64,000 nucleotides of DNA from an uncultured Bacteroidota bacterium (lineage in GTDB: Bacteria > Bacteroidota > Bacteroidia > Chitinophagales > Chitinophagaceae). Positions within the stretch are counted from its first letter, which is position 1. Each line of letters opens with the position of its first letter. The position numbers and the translations under genes are program-made. The stretch is from assembly GCA_963711345.1 (NCBI GenBank), contig CAVQDS010000002.1, positions 717,869-781,868 of the forward strand. Reading direction: 5' to 3'. A model generated the notes under the pieces. That model had not been told where the DNA came from. It ran no database searches and was given only the letters and a program-made list of their open reading frames with translations. Shown here piece after piece: positions 29,364 to 40,117 of this stretch.

Positions 29364-29613
29364 ATTACCAAACCGACACCAATTCCCCGCAAACCCACTG
29401 GAATCGCGGGACAGTACTTTTTGTATTGGGAAGTAACTATAGGATGACGGGTGACGGTTGGCCGTTGCCGGATGATTCATTCTCTCAAGACTTTCTTTTT
29501 TCTCTAGTAGCATTTTTGAAGTTTATTCTGCCTTCGGCAGGACTCCTAATCTGTTAACTAATCTTGTTCTTCTGATTTTCTGTTATTAGATGGCCAAATC
29601 ATAGGTCACAATG
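29364..29613 (+). repeat. Junction J4: Box A + core (1 mismatch) + type-2 arm + Box B + Box C, no decamers
   Basis: It reads ...aattccccgcaaacccactggaatcgcgggacagtac, then core ttttgtattgggaagtaac (29419-29437), GACGG/TTGCCGG-type short repeats, hairpin ctgccttcggcag (29528-29540), tcctaatctgttaacta, and gatggccaaatcataggtcac. Confidence 0.8.
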
Positions 29614-29811
29614 CCTGTCCCGCTTCTGCGGGGATACTTGGAAATTCCGAACTGACAGACCACTACATTCCGGATGAAAATGACCACTAAAAAAGTTGAT
29701 ATCCAATTATATCGATGATCAATTTAAAACGGAATAGATTGATCCGTGTCTTCGAAATTTCCACAGCACAAATTGTATGGAATCCAAATTTAGTTAAGTT
29801 AGCTTTATACC

Positions 29812-32034
29812 ATGCGAACTGGAAATCGTAGATATTCTATCGTAATGGCACTGACAATTTTGTGCCACTCTTTCGGATTCTCCCAATTCAATGCAAAATC
29901 TTCTTTGGCCCTTATCAAACGGATTATCCCTGATCAGGCTTCCAGTTTTGTACTGGAAAATTTGCATACAAGAGAAATGGCTGATGTTTTTGAAATTGAA
30001 AGCAGGAACAATAAGATAGTTCTGCGTGGGAATAACGGCGTTGCAGTGGCATCAGCATTGTATTTCTACCTTACTCATTTTTGCAAATGCCAGATTACCT
30101 GGAATGGAACGAATATGCATATTCCAAAACGACTGCCCCGGATATCAAAAAAAATACACCGGACATCACCCTACAGGTATCGTTACTATCTTAACTATTG
30201 CACATTCAACTACAGTATGAGTTGGTGGGACTGGAAGCGGTGGGAAAAGGAAATAGACTGGATGGCCCTTCATGGCATCAATATGCCTTTGGCTATTACC
30301 GGCGAAGAATATACCTGGTATACAGTTTATAAAGAAATGGGTTTTTCAGATAAGGATTTGCAATCCTTTTTTAGCGGTCCGGCTTACTTTTCATGGTTTT
30401 GGATGGGCAACCTGGATGGATGGGGAGGGCCATTACCGTTAAGCTGGATGAAAAGTCATATGATATTACAACAAAAGATTTTAGAACGTGAACGTGAGCT
30501 GGGTATGAAACCTGTATTACCTGCTTTCACAGGACATGTGCCCGCTGCATTCAAAAGGAAATTTCCAAATGCAAAGTTGAAAGCAACGAATTGGAAGAAT
30601 GGTTTTGAGGATACGTATATCCTTAATCCGGAGGATTCCTTATTTGCGGCTGTTGGTAAAATATTCCTGCAAACTCAGACAAGGTTATTTGGTACAGATC
30701 ATTTGTATTCTGCGGATACGTTTAATGAAAATGAGCCACCTTCTGATGACACGAATTATCTGGCAAAACTCAGTGAGCGATTATATGAAAGTATGAAAGA
30801 AGCAGATCCTGAATCGGTGTGGGTAATGCAGGGTTGGCTTTTTTACAGCGACCGTAAATTCTGGAGAGCTCCGCAAATACAATCCCTGCTCAATGCTGTT
30901 CCTGATGAACATATGATCATTCTTGATCTCGCAGCAGAAATAGAACCTGTCTGGAAAAGGACGAATGCTTTTTATGGTAAACCCTGGATCTGGAATATGC
31001 TCCACAACTTTGGGGGTAATATAAGTATGTTTGGAAGAATGGACGGAGTGGCTGCAGGACCGGCGGAAGCATTACAAGACCCGGCCTCCGGTCATCTGAT
31101 AGGAATTGGATTGACTATGGAGGGCATTGAACAAAACCCGGTTATGTATGAATTGCTTACAGAGCAGGTTTGGCAAAATAAATCGGTCGACTTAAGTAAA
31201 TGGCTGGAATTTTATACTACCAACCGATATGGTCAATTGGATACCAATCTTATCAAGGCATGGGAGGTATTGAGGGCAACCGCCTACAATGGAAAAGTAA
31301 TAAGGGATGGTGCTGAATCTATCATTACCGGCAGGCCAACTTTTGATTCTTCCACCGTATGGACAAGGACAAAACTGAATTACAGGCCCAAAGACTTTCT
31401 TCCGGCCTGGGATTATTTTATTACTGCTGCGGGTAAATTCAAAAACAGCGATGGATTTCAATATGACCTGGTAGATATTACCAGGCAGGTTCTGGCTAAT
31501 TATGCAGATTTCATACATGAAAAATTGGTCAGAGCCTACCGGGATAAAGATCCTGCTGCTTATAAAAAATACTGCGATGAATTTTTACAAATTATTACCG
31601 ATCTGGATTCCTTGCTCGGAACAAGAAAAGATTTTTTGCTGGGCCCATGGATTTCAGATGCCAGGAGTTTTGGAAATAGTTCGGATGAAAAAGCCTTGTA
31701 TGAACTCAACGCCCGGGATCTGATTACGCTTTGGGGAGATGCCAACAGCCCTTTGCATGAATATTCCTGCCGGCAGTGGAGTGGTTTACTCAATGATTTC
31801 TATAAAAGACGTTGGCAGAAATTTTTTGAAATGACCACCAATTCATTGGAATCCGAAAAAGAATTCGATCCCGTTGCTTTCGGGAAATATATCAGTAACT
31901 GGGAATGGCAATGGGTGAATAAGAGATCGGATTATCCGGTTGAACCGGTAGGAAACAGCATTGATCAATCCATCCATATTTATAAGAAATACAATAATAA
32001 AATTAAGTCCGGTTTTTTAGAAACTATTAATTAA
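29812..32034 (+). CDS. Alpha-N-acetylglucosaminidase (GH89, NAGLU-like)
   Basis: Its 740-aa length and motifs (WWDWKRWEKEIDWMALHGINMPLA, FTGHVPAAF, DTFNENEPP, WIWNMLHNFGGN) are characteristic of the NAGLU family. Confidence 0.85.
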   Translation: MRTGNRRYSIVMALTILCHSFGFSQFNAKSSLALIKRIIPDQASSFVLENLHTREMADVFEIESRNNKIVLRGNNGVAVASALYFYLTHFCKCQITWNGTNMHIPKRLPRISKKIHRTSPYRYRYYLNYCTFNYSMSWWDWKRWEKEIDWMALHGINMPLAITGEEYTWYTVYKEMGFSDKDLQSFFSGPAYFSWFWMGNLDGWGGPLPLSWMKSHMILQQKILERERELGMKPVLPAFTGHVPAAFKRKFPNAKLKATNWKNGFEDTYILNPEDSLFAAVGKIFLQTQTRLFGTDHLYSADTFNENEPPSDDTNYLAKLSERLYESMKEADPESVWVMQGWLFYSDRKFWRAPQIQSLLNAVPDEHMIILDLAAEIEPVWKRTNAFYGKPWIWNMLHNFGGNISMFGRMDGVAAGPAEALQDPASGHLIGIGLTMEGIEQNPVMYELLTEQVWQNKSVDLSKWLEFYTTNRYGQLDTNLIKAWEVLRATAYNGKVIRDGAESIITGRPTFDSSTVWTRTKLNYRPKDFLPAWDYFITAAGKFKNSDGFQYDLVDITRQVLANYADFIHEKLVRAYRDKDPAAYKKYCDEFLQIITDLDSLLGTRKDFLLGPWISDARSFGNSSDEKALYELNARDLITLWGDANSPLHEYSCRQWSGLLNDFYKRRWQKFFEMTTNSLESEKEFDPVAFGKYISNWEWQWVNKRSDYPVEPVGNSIDQSIHIYKKYNNKIKSGFLETIN

Positions 32035-32116
32035 GGCAATACTGCATATCCCGGGCTATATGGACTTTGTACAGAATTGACGATCTTTTATAAGTTGAAT
32101 GAATCCTCGGCTGAAA

Positions 32117-32185
32117 ACGATCGACGAAAATAACCGGAAGCCAGAAGGTAATAGCGCTAATAAAATATGAGCCGGTAATACTCTT
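32117..32185 (+). repeat. Module M copy 1 (AACCGGAAGC...ATATGAGCCGG)
   Basis: The sequence acgatcgacgaaaataaccggaagccagaaggtaatagcgctaataaaatatgagccggtaatactctt is similar to 33199-33260 and 36733-36790. Confidence 0.5.
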
Positions 32186-32198
32186 ATCTTTATTTTGT

Positions 32199-33053
32199 AT
32201 GCCGGAAGAACAGAACACGCCGAATCAACCCTTCAACGAAGAGCTCACTGCAAATTCAATTGTGCAGGATTCAACTATTTCCCCATCAGAAACCAAAACA
32301 CCAGACATGGAAGTACATCATCACCCGGATCTGCATCATAAGAAAAAGAAATTCAAAGAATATTTTTTGGAGTTCTTAATGATATTTCTTGCTGTGACAA
32401 TGGGTTTTTTTGCAGAGAATATCAGGGAACATTTTACTGATAAGAACAATACCAAAGAATACCTGGAAACTTATCGCGATGAACTGATACAGCAACAAGC
32501 ATTATTAAAACAATACAAAAAAATATACCAAAGAAAAATAGTTGTTTGCGATAGCGTAAAAAATATTTTTTTTAATGGAGAAGAAAATACAAAACTTAAT
32601 GTGCTGGAACGACTGAATATTTTTGCAATTACACTAGTTGAAATTCCATTCAGTACATCTTCTTATGATCAAATGGTAAATGCAGGGGCATTGCGCTATA
32701 TCAATAATATTGCACTTCGGGATAGTATGGCTTACTATAAAGGTCAGATTGAAACAGTGAAAAATTATAACACACGTGTTCTTTCTGCAATTTTGGGCCA
32801 ACAAGCTGAAATTGTCAAACTCATGGATTACCATGATATGATCACTACCGATACAAGTCAGTCTTATGATGTCGTTCCACATATTCCTGTGATCAAACCT
32901 TTTGCTTCTTTATCTGCTGAACAACGTAATTCTCTTGTTGCATTTTACGAAGCATTTATTGTTCAGGCGCAATCCGACTTACGGCGAATACGCATGTTAC
33001 ATATTACTAATCAAAACTTACTAAACATGGTAAATAAGCAATCGGAGAAATAA
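32199..33053 (+). CDS. Hypothetical membrane protein (284 aa)
   Basis: It has one predicted TM helix (FLEFLMIFLAVTMGFFA). I recognise no domain. Confidence 0.45.
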   Translation: MPEEQNTPNQPFNEELTANSIVQDSTISPSETKTPDMEVHHHPDLHHKKKKFKEYFLEFLMIFLAVTMGFFAENIREHFTDKNNTKEYLETYRDELIQQQALLKQYKKIYQRKIVVCDSVKNIFFNGEENTKLNVLERLNIFAITLVEIPFSTSSYDQMVNAGALRYINNIALRDSMAYYKGQIETVKNYNTRVLSAILGQQAEIVKLMDYHDMITTDTSQSYDVVPHIPVIKPFASLSAEQRNSLVAFYEAFIVQAQSDLRRIRMLHITNQNLLNMVNKQSEK

Positions 33054-33198
33054 ATAAAAACTAAAGACTAAAAAATATAGACTGTATACTATAAATGGAA
33101 GGACAACATCACCCCAATCTTCTTCCAGGAATCTAAACCCTTAGGGTTTCTTCTAGCTTCGACGATCGGATATATATTGGAAAGAATATACAATGAAA

Positions 33199-33260
33199 TC
33201 GATCGGCGGAAATAACCGGAAGCTAACAGTTAATAAAGGTATCCCAATATGAGGTGGGAA
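33199..33260 (+). repeat. Module M copy 2
   Basis: The sequence is tcgatcggcggaaataaccggaagctaacagttaataaaggtatcccaatatgaggtggg. It is followed by atgcctggatcact, which is shared with 36811-36824. Confidence 0.5.
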
Positions 33261-33326
33261 TGACCACAAACGATGAATTCATTGGGATATGCCTGGATCA
33301 CTACAAATAGCGCCTAAAAACTCGTT

Positions 33327-33616
33327 CCTAATCTGTCGCAAAATCTCCGCAAACCCACTGGAATCGGCCTACAGTACTTTTTGTATCGGGAAGTGACCTC
33401 TCCACATTAGATGCGCATTCCCTGCGGAGTACTTTCATTCTCGCCGTAATTCATTTGCTTTTAGTTGCTTTTCTTCGCCTTTAGTAGCCTTTTATCCGCT
33501 ACGAATCTGTTACTAAATCCTGGATTTTGGATTTACTCATTTTGAATGGCCAAATTATGGGCACTAATGATACGGTATGATACCTAATGATAGTGTATGA
33601 TGCGGAATGATACGAA
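33327..33616 (+). repeat. Junction J5: Box A + core + type-1 arm + Box B + Box C + 5 decamers
   Basis: It reads cctaatctgtcgcaaaatctccgcaaacccactggaatcggcctacagtac, then core 33379-33397 (aagtGac), then ctctccacattagatgcgcattccctgcggagtac.., tacgaatctgttactaaatcc, and the decamers at 33567-33616. Confidence 0.85.
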
Positions 33617-33740
33617 ATTAGTGAGTTGGATCAAGATTACCTCATTACCTCACGGTATCAAAAATCTTAGAAATGTAAAAATTGACGTTTTTAGAGTTGA
33701 AATTAAACAAGAATCGAAAAAATAACTCTCAGAATAACCA

Positions 33741-33790
33741 CTATTTTTCTTCGCCTTTGGTAGTTTTTTCTTCGCTCCTAATCGCATCAT
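33741..33790 (+). repeat. Isolated Box B-like remnant
   Basis: The sequence tatttttcttcgcctttggtagttttttcttcgctcctaatcgc resembles the ttgcttttcttcgcctttagtagcc...cctaatctg part of the junctions. Confidence 0.4.
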
Positions 33791-33930
33791 GTACCGCAAA
33801 GGAAACTAAGGTGCTAAAAATCGGAATATAACGTGGTAAGAAGACAGGGCATTTTTTTTTCCTACTTGAGTATCTTTGTGTGTAAGCACAGAAAACATAG
33901 TTTTGTTAATCACATCTAATCTAACAGAAC

Positions 33931-34881
33931 CTGAAACGAACTTACCTGCTTTTTTTAGGGATTATTTTGTCATTCTCTGTTCGGGCGCAGAATGGGAAAA
34001 TTATTGAGCAATCAATAATCCGCACAAATATTGATTCCGTACTAAATCCTTCCAGACGTTGGAATGCGATTGCCAAAAAATATTACGAAGTTGATGATGT
34101 TTACAGAATCACATACCTATCCGACAGTTTAAAAGTGAAGGGATACATGGTTTTACCCAAGAAGGAAGGAAAGTATCCATGCATTATATATAATAGAGGA
34201 GGAAGTCGGGAGTTTGGGAAATTAGATTACGGAGATTATCTGATTGATATGGCCCAGATGGCAAGTTGGGGCTATTGTGTAGTAGCTTCACAATATAGAG
34301 GTAATGACGGTGGCGACGGAGTAGAAGAATTTGGCGGCAAGGATGTAGATGATGTGATAAATATGATTCCTCTGATGAAGTATGTCGACAAAGCTGATAC
34401 TTCCAGGATAGGAATGTGGGGAGTTAGCAGAGGTGGAATGATGACTTATATAGCATTGACAATGACAAATCAGATTAAAGCGGCAGTTGTATTATCTGGC
34501 ATAGTTGATATGGGAATGTTGTTAGAGACGAGAAAGGACATGGATTCATTTTGGTACAGTTGGTTACCTGGCTATCGTAATGACAAAAAAAATTTTATTA
34601 AAGAAAGATCTGCAATTGAATTAGCTGACAAGATCTGCAAAACCACTCCAATTTTTATTATTCAGGGCACTTCCGACTGGCGCGTCCCTATTCCCCAGGT
34701 ATTTGTTTTATCTAAAAAATTTTATGATGTAAAACAACCTTTTCGATTGGCAGTTTTTGAAGGCGCAGAACACGGTGTTACAGAGTTTTGGGATGAAGTC
34801 GGCCGACAGACAAAAATATTTTTCGACGACTATCTTCGTGATGGCAAGAAATGGCCTTCTCTCGAACCTCACGGTGATTAG
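33931..34881 (+). CDS. S9-family (prolyl oligopeptidase/dienelactone-hydrolase-like) alpha/beta hydrolase
   Basis: It has a GxSxG elbow (GVSRGG) and a C-terminal D/H region (GTSDWRV.., GAEHGV). The signal peptide KRTYLLFLGIILSFSVRAQ is encoded in frame upstream of the ORF-track start. The only candidate start there is CTG at 33931. Confidence 0.7.
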   Translation: MKRTYLLFLGIILSFSVRAQNGKIIEQSIIRTNIDSVLNPSRRWNAIAKKYYEVDDVYRITYLSDSLKVKGYMVLPKKEGKYPCIIYNRGGSREFGKLDYGDYLIDMAQMASWGYCVVASQYRGNDGGDGVEEFGGKDVDDVINMIPLMKYVDKADTSRIGMWGVSRGGMMTYIALTMTNQIKAAVVLSGIVDMGMLLETRKDMDSFWYSWLPGYRNDKKNFIKERSAIELADKICKTTPIFIIQGTSDWRVPIPQVFVLSKKFYDVKQPFRLAVFEGAEHGVTEFWDEVGRQTKIFFDDYLRDGKKWPSLEPHGD

Positions 34882-35177
34882 TTAGTGATCACCATGTGGG
34901 ATGGAAAAATAACTGTCAGTGAGCTTCAATAGCTGAAACCAAAAATGAACAAGATATTTCACGGTGTCATTGAATTAATTTTCTGGGTAGCCAAATATTG
35001 ATATGGCAAAATTATGATCCGATCCCTTTTAAAAATAACGAGCTACTTATCTACCTTTAGAAAACCGTCTGGTTTATTGGAAGTCGGTACAGAACGCAGT
35101 AAGTAATGAATACCAAAATAACCTTTGGCTTTACTGTTTTCAATAATCGATTTTAAGTCAAAACTTTAAATATTGCC

Positions 35178-36421
35178 GTGAAAAGTAAAATCCTTAAAAT
35201 CATAATGGTATGCTGTGCATTTTTACTATGTAATACTTTACATGCACAGATCGCATTCGACAATTACGCCTTAACAGGCCTTACCATAATTGATGCGAAT
35301 CATCGAACACCGCTGTCAAATCAAACTGTACTGATTACGAAAAATGTCATAAGTAATATATTTGGAAATGGAAACCAACCCATCCCTGATTCTTTCAATA
35401 TTATTCGCATGGAGGGGAAATATCTATTGCCCGGTTTGATAGATGCACATGTGCACATGGCTACGGACCCATCGTTTGCAGATAACCGGGTACATACTTT
35501 AGATGTTTTGCGGCGAATGTTGTTTAGTGGAATTACCTCAGTAAGAGATATGGCCGGTGATGCACGAACACTGGCAAGCTTATCCCGGGACGCTTTAAAT
35601 GATGATATCATCTCGCCCGATATATATTATTCCGCATTAATGGCGGGACCGGTTTTCTTTAATGATCCCAGGGCAGAGTCGGCAGCAAGGGGTGGTGTCG
35701 CAGGAAAAATGCCCTATCGGCAGAAGCAAAAGGAAGCGGCGCAACTGGTATTAAATTATTCGCCAATTTGTCTGCGCAGCTAGTTGCTAAAATCATTGAC
35801 GAAGCAAATAAGCAAGGCATGATTGTTTGGGGACATGCATGGCTTCAGAATGCAAAACCCTCCGACCTGGTAAAAGCGGGTGTAAATCCCATTTCGCATT
35901 CAGCTTTACTCATTCACGATAAAATTGATACAATTCCTTTACTGTGGAAAAATCAACGGCATGATGATAAATTCTGGAAAAGTTCTATACCCGACTTTTC
36001 AACGTTATTTCAATTAATGAAGGCACACAATACAATACTTGATGCGACTATGATCACATATAAACATTGGGGAGAGCAGGATACATCCATGCGGTACGAT
36101 TATGAAATCACAAAACGCATAACCACTCAGGCCTACAAAGCAGGCGTGATGATAGATGCAGGCACTGATGATGACCAGGGAGCATTTGTACAAAAAGAAA
36201 TGGAAGTACTGGTAAATGATGCCGGCCTCAGTAATTTCGATGCTCTGGTAGCCGCCACATTAAATGGCGCCTATGCATTACATATAAATAATACTCGTGG
36301 AACAATTGCAGTAGGCAAAATTGCAAATCTCGTTGTGCTTAATAAAAACCCCTCACAAAAAATAGAAAATATCGAATCAGTTTTTCTTGTAATAAAAAAT
36401 GGGATAATCTTTAAAAAATGA
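35178..36421 (+). pseudogene. Amidohydrolase-family metallohydrolase, one apparent frameshift at an A5 run
   Basis: ORFs 35178-35783 (signal peptide, GLIDAHVHM) and 35768-36421 (..GTDD.., C-terminal GKIANLVVL) are two halves of one gene. The second frame reads ..AEAKGSGATGIKLFANLSAQL, and the switch is near ggaaaaatg (35705-35709). Confidence 0.75.
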
Positions 36422-36732
36422 ATTTTCACACCCTAAATATTCATCGAGAAAGCAAAGACGCTCATTTGAAAATAAGGTAGCGGCAAGATAAAGCAACGAT
36501 TTCTTCCTTCAACACAGCGGAACTTCCCACGCAACCTCCACGATCTTTCTAAAATAGAATGTCCGGATATCCGATATAGACTGAAACATCGACATTTTAT
36601 TTCAGTCGACTGATTTTCTGGCGGTAAAAAAATGTTAGTTTGTTCAGGCTCTTTTAACCCCTGAGGCTTCTTCAAGAATCAACGATTTGAGAAATGATGT
36701 GAAGAAAGTGCATAGTGAGAGCGATTATCAAA

Positions 36733-36790
36733 ATTAACCGGAAGGCAAAGAGTAAAAACACTATCTAAATATGAGCCGGCACTGCTCTTG
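36733..36790 (+). repeat. Module M copy 3
   Basis: The sequence is aattaaccggaaggcaaagagtaaaaacactatctaaatatgagccggcactgctcttg. Confidence 0.5.
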
Positions 36791-36848
36791 AGTGGTGAAC
36801 ACACGAGAACATGCCTGGATCACTTGAAATATCACTTAAATACTTGTC

Positions 36849-37076
36849 ACTAATCTTAGACTAATTCCTCTAAACCCACTGGAATCGGAGGACAGAACTT
36901 TTTGTATCGGCACGGAACAAAAAGTGCCCATCTACACAATATTTTGAGAGTCAATATGGGAGGAGACCGGCGAAATTATGGAGAGCCGGTGAGCTTACCG
37001 GAAGTTCCTGGATAAAACTTCATTATTTCGGGATTGTGTTAATTTAACATTTGAAAACTATCCGGTTTATATAAAG
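36849..37076 (+). repeat. Junction J6: Box A (covarying stem) + partial core + type-3 arm
   Basis: It reads cactaatcttagactaattcctctaaacccactggaatcggaggacagaac, then ttttgtatcgg (36899-36910), then the arm with ggcgaaattatggagagccggtgagcttaccggaagttcctggataaaacttca. The palindrome is at 36986-37001. Confidence 0.8.
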
Positions 37077-37118
37077 CTGATACATTAGCCTTACATTTCT
37101 GCACACTTATCGGAAACT

Positions 37119-37946
37119 TTGGGAGCAAAAAATTTCATACCACATTATGCTTTACGGGAGTTCGTTGCCTGCATTTTTACTGCTGAAAATTTGATGGGCA
37201 AGGAAGAAGTCAGTGTTTACAGACCCTTTCCGCCGAGTCCTCAAAACAGTATAATTTTTTATGTACGTGATGGTGCAGAAATTGAAAGACCAGATGCCGG
37301 CAAATTGGTAAAACTTCCTCCCTGCATTTTTACCGGCCAGCTTACCGAAAGAATCAATACTAAAATGGGTAAGGATCACCTGATGGTATATGTCGGCTTT
37401 AAACCGGGAGGAATGTATCGTTTGTTGGGAATACCTATGAATAAATTTATTAATGACGATTTTAACGGCGCTGACCTGTATGGAAGTGAAATTTCCGAAA
37501 TCATGGAGCAACTGAATGAAGCTTCAAATCCGAATGAATTGGTGAATATTGTTGAAAATTTTTTAATGTTAAAGTTGAAAAAACTAAAACGTGCAGACTC
37601 ATTTGACTTAGCTATGCAGGAACTTATAAAACGGAATGGAAATCTGGCAATGGATGAAGTGGCGAATATGTCATGCCTCGGTTTTCGTCAATTTGAAAGA
37701 AAGTGCTTGGAAAAAATCGGAATTCCTCCAAAACTATATGCCAGGATAATACGCTTCTCCAAAGCCTATCGGATGAAGGAAATGAATCCAAACCTCAGTT
37801 GGACTGGTCTTGCTCACTTCTGCGGCTACTATGACCAGATGCATATGATCCGTGATTTTAAAGAATTTACAGGGGTAACTCCATCAAAAATGGATCGTGA
37901 AATGGAGGCATCGGTCTATAAGCTACAAACCAACCTCATCATCTGA
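37119..37946 (+). CDS. AraC-family transcriptional regulator
   Basis: The C-terminal HTH_18/AraC signature reads ..FRQFERKCLEKIGIPPKLYARIIRF..GYYDQMHMIRDFKEFTGVTP. Confidence 0.8.
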   Translation: MGAKNFIPHYALREFVACIFTAENLMGKEEVSVYRPFPPSPQNSIIFYVRDGAEIERPDAGKLVKLPPCIFTGQLTERINTKMGKDHLMVYVGFKPGGMYRLLGIPMNKFINDDFNGADLYGSEISEIMEQLNEASNPNELVNIVENFLMLKLKKLKRADSFDLAMQELIKRNGNLAMDEVANMSCLGFRQFERKCLEKIGIPPKLYARIIRFSKAYRMKEMNPNLSWTGLAHFCGYYDQMHMIRDFKEFTGVTPSKMDREMEASVYKLQTNLII

Positions 37947-38002
37947 AATGTCGCCTTTGTACTATTTCTGCCTTAAATATCCAAATAGCTTTATGATCAA
38001 AA

Positions 38003-39628
38003 ATGATCAAAAATATTACCGGACTGCTGGTTTTGATTTTCAGTATAACATATAGTTATGCACAAACAGCAGACATCATTTTGTTCAATGGGAAAATATT
38101 TACTTCCGATAAAAAAAATCTTTATGTAACTGCACTTGCCATTAAAGGCAACAGTATATTAGCCACCGGCAATAATGAATCCATTGAAAAATATGGAGGG
38201 ACAAATACGAAACGGATCGACCTCCATCGTAAAACAGTCACACCCGGTTTCAACGACGCACACTTCCATCTGGAAGGTGGTTATAAAGCGAGAAACATTC
38301 AGTTTACAACTATGGATCCGTCCTGGGAATCTTTATTGGATTCTCTAAGAATCATTTCCGATGAATTGAAAAATGGTGAATGGATCGATGCAATGATCGG
38401 ACCTTCCATTGCCAATTCACCAGCGGCAAACCGCTTTGCCCTGGACAGTATTACAACCGGCCATCCTGTATTTCTACTTTCATTCTGGGCACATGTTGGA
38501 ATTTATAATACACATGGGTTAAAATCAATGGGTATATCAGAAACCCAGATTGAACCAAAAGGAGGGCGATATGAAAGAACGCAGGATGGTATAACTCTTA
38601 CCGGGAAATGTTTTGAGAAAAATGCCATCATTCCTGAAAGCAGCTATAATAAAAAGACTTCCTTCAGGGATGATGATGTGTTTGTAGGTTATCTAAAAGG
38701 AATATCTCAGGCATTTTTGCACTTGGGTATAACGAGTGTACAAAATATGTGCACCGGAGCAACTGCCTCTGACTATATTAAATATTGGAAAATTGCTGGA
38801 TTACCTTTTCGGCTAAGGTTGATCCGTTGGGGAGATCTTTCTCCTGCAGGAGAAATTTTAGTGCCTGGTGAAGACTTACCACGCAACAATGACGATTTAC
38901 CATTGCTCTCGGTATTTGGAACGAAATGGTTACTCGATGGCACTCCGATCGAAGGTGGTGCAGCAATAACAGAGGGATATGTCTATAATCCAAAACACTT
39001 TGGTTATTTAAATTATTCCAGAGAGAATATTAAATCTTTTTTTGAGGAAGCCTTAAAAAGAAATGATCAGCTCTGTTTTCATGCTGTTGGTGACAGTACT
39101 CTGAATGTCGTCATAGATGTAATGGAGAAAATGAATGTTGACTGGAAGTCCAAACGTGTTAGGATTGAACATGGGGACGGTCTCCTGCCGGCTCAATTTG
39201 AAAATGCCAGGGAGCTGGGAATTATAGTGGTTCAAAATCCCACCCATTTCGATAAGAATATTATTTCCTTATTGAGAGGAAAAATGTCTGAGACAGGTTT
39301 CAGGTTTCTTTCATTGTTAAAAGCAGGAATTCCTGTTGCCATTGGATCAGATGGCCCGTTTAATCCTTTTCTGAATATTATGCTTGCTGTAACGGATCCT
39401 GCTTTTCCGGATGAGGCGATGTTGCGCGAACAGGCTGTTATTGCATATACGCTTACTTCAGCGTATGCAGAATTTGCAGAGGAAAAAAAGGGCTCTTTGG
39501 TTCCCGGTAAACTGGCTGACCTGACAGTTTTATCACAGGATATATTTACCGTTCCGGTTCAACAGTTGCTTAATACAAGAAGTGTTTTAACAATGGTTGA
39601 TGGTAAAATTGTATTTAAGGAGGAATGA
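38003..39628 (+). CDS. Amidohydrolase-family protein (Amidohydro_3-like, secreted)
   Basis: It has a signal peptide, an N-terminal GFNDAHFH metal motif and C-terminal ..GSDGPFNP.. and GKLADLTVL motifs. Confidence 0.85.
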   Translation: MIKNITGLLVLIFSITYSYAQTADIILFNGKIFTSDKKNLYVTALAIKGNSILATGNNESIEKYGGTNTKRIDLHRKTVTPGFNDAHFHLEGGYKARNIQFTTMDPSWESLLDSLRIISDELKNGEWIDAMIGPSIANSPAANRFALDSITTGHPVFLLSFWAHVGIYNTHGLKSMGISETQIEPKGGRYERTQDGITLTGKCFEKNAIIPESSYNKKTSFRDDDVFVGYLKGISQAFLHLGITSVQNMCTGATASDYIKYWKIAGLPFRLRLIRWGDLSPAGEILVPGEDLPRNNDDLPLLSVFGTKWLLDGTPIEGGAAITEGYVYNPKHFGYLNYSRENIKSFFEEALKRNDQLCFHAVGDSTLNVVIDVMEKMNVDWKSKRVRIEHGDGLLPAQFENARELGIIVVQNPTHFDKNIISLLRGKMSETGFRFLSLLKAGIPVAIGSDGPFNPFLNIMLAVTDPAFPDEAMLREQAVIAYTLTSAYAEFAEEKKGSLVPGKLADLTVLSQDIFTVPVQQLLNTRSVLTMVDGKIVFKEE

Positions 39629-39646
39629 TTTAATACTTAAACCCCG

Positions 39647-39926
39647 GTTACTAAATCGTTACCAATTCCCCGCAAACCCGTTGTAATCGGGGCACAGTAA
39701 TTTTTGTATCGGGAAGTGATGATTGGTTAGCGGTTGGCGGTTGGCGGTGGCTGGATTTAATCAAACTATTTTTATTTTCTTCAGTAGCCTTTTGAAGTTT
39801 ATCCCGCTGAAGGCGGGATTCCTAATCTGTTACTAAATCCGGTTCTTGCGATTTACGTTATTTTGGTGGCCAGATTATAGGTCACAATGATACGGTATGA
39901 TACCTGATGATACCGTATGATACGGT
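39647..39926 (+). repeat. Junction J7: Box A + core + type-2 arm + Box B + Box C + 4 decamers
   Basis: It reads ccggttactaaatcgttaccaattccccgcaaacccgttgtaatcggggcacagtaa, then core 39702-39719, TTGGCGG heptamers (39725-39750), hairpin atcccgctgaaggcgggat (39801-39819), tcctaatctgttactaaatcc, and the decamers at 39887-39926. Confidence 0.85.
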
Positions 39927-40117
39927 ATTTACAAATATATGAGTGAAGAAGGAATTTGTACCTGCAGTGGTTACACAGGCGCCAAGGTTTCCTCTTCAAA
40001 GTACCCTGGCTGTATTGTATTCGCGAATTGAAACACTGCATCTGAAGCATTCACAAGGTCAAAGTCTAACAGTGTTTTAAATAGCGTCTGGTGATACGTT
40101 ACATTTTGAGCTTCCAA

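Noticed and set aside
37993-38012. A direct duplication atgatcaaaa-atgatcaaaa at the start of the 38003 amidohydrolase gene.
   Set aside because: It is a single 10-nt duplication. The first ATG is out of frame and terminates quickly. It is probably a trivial slippage event with no evident function.
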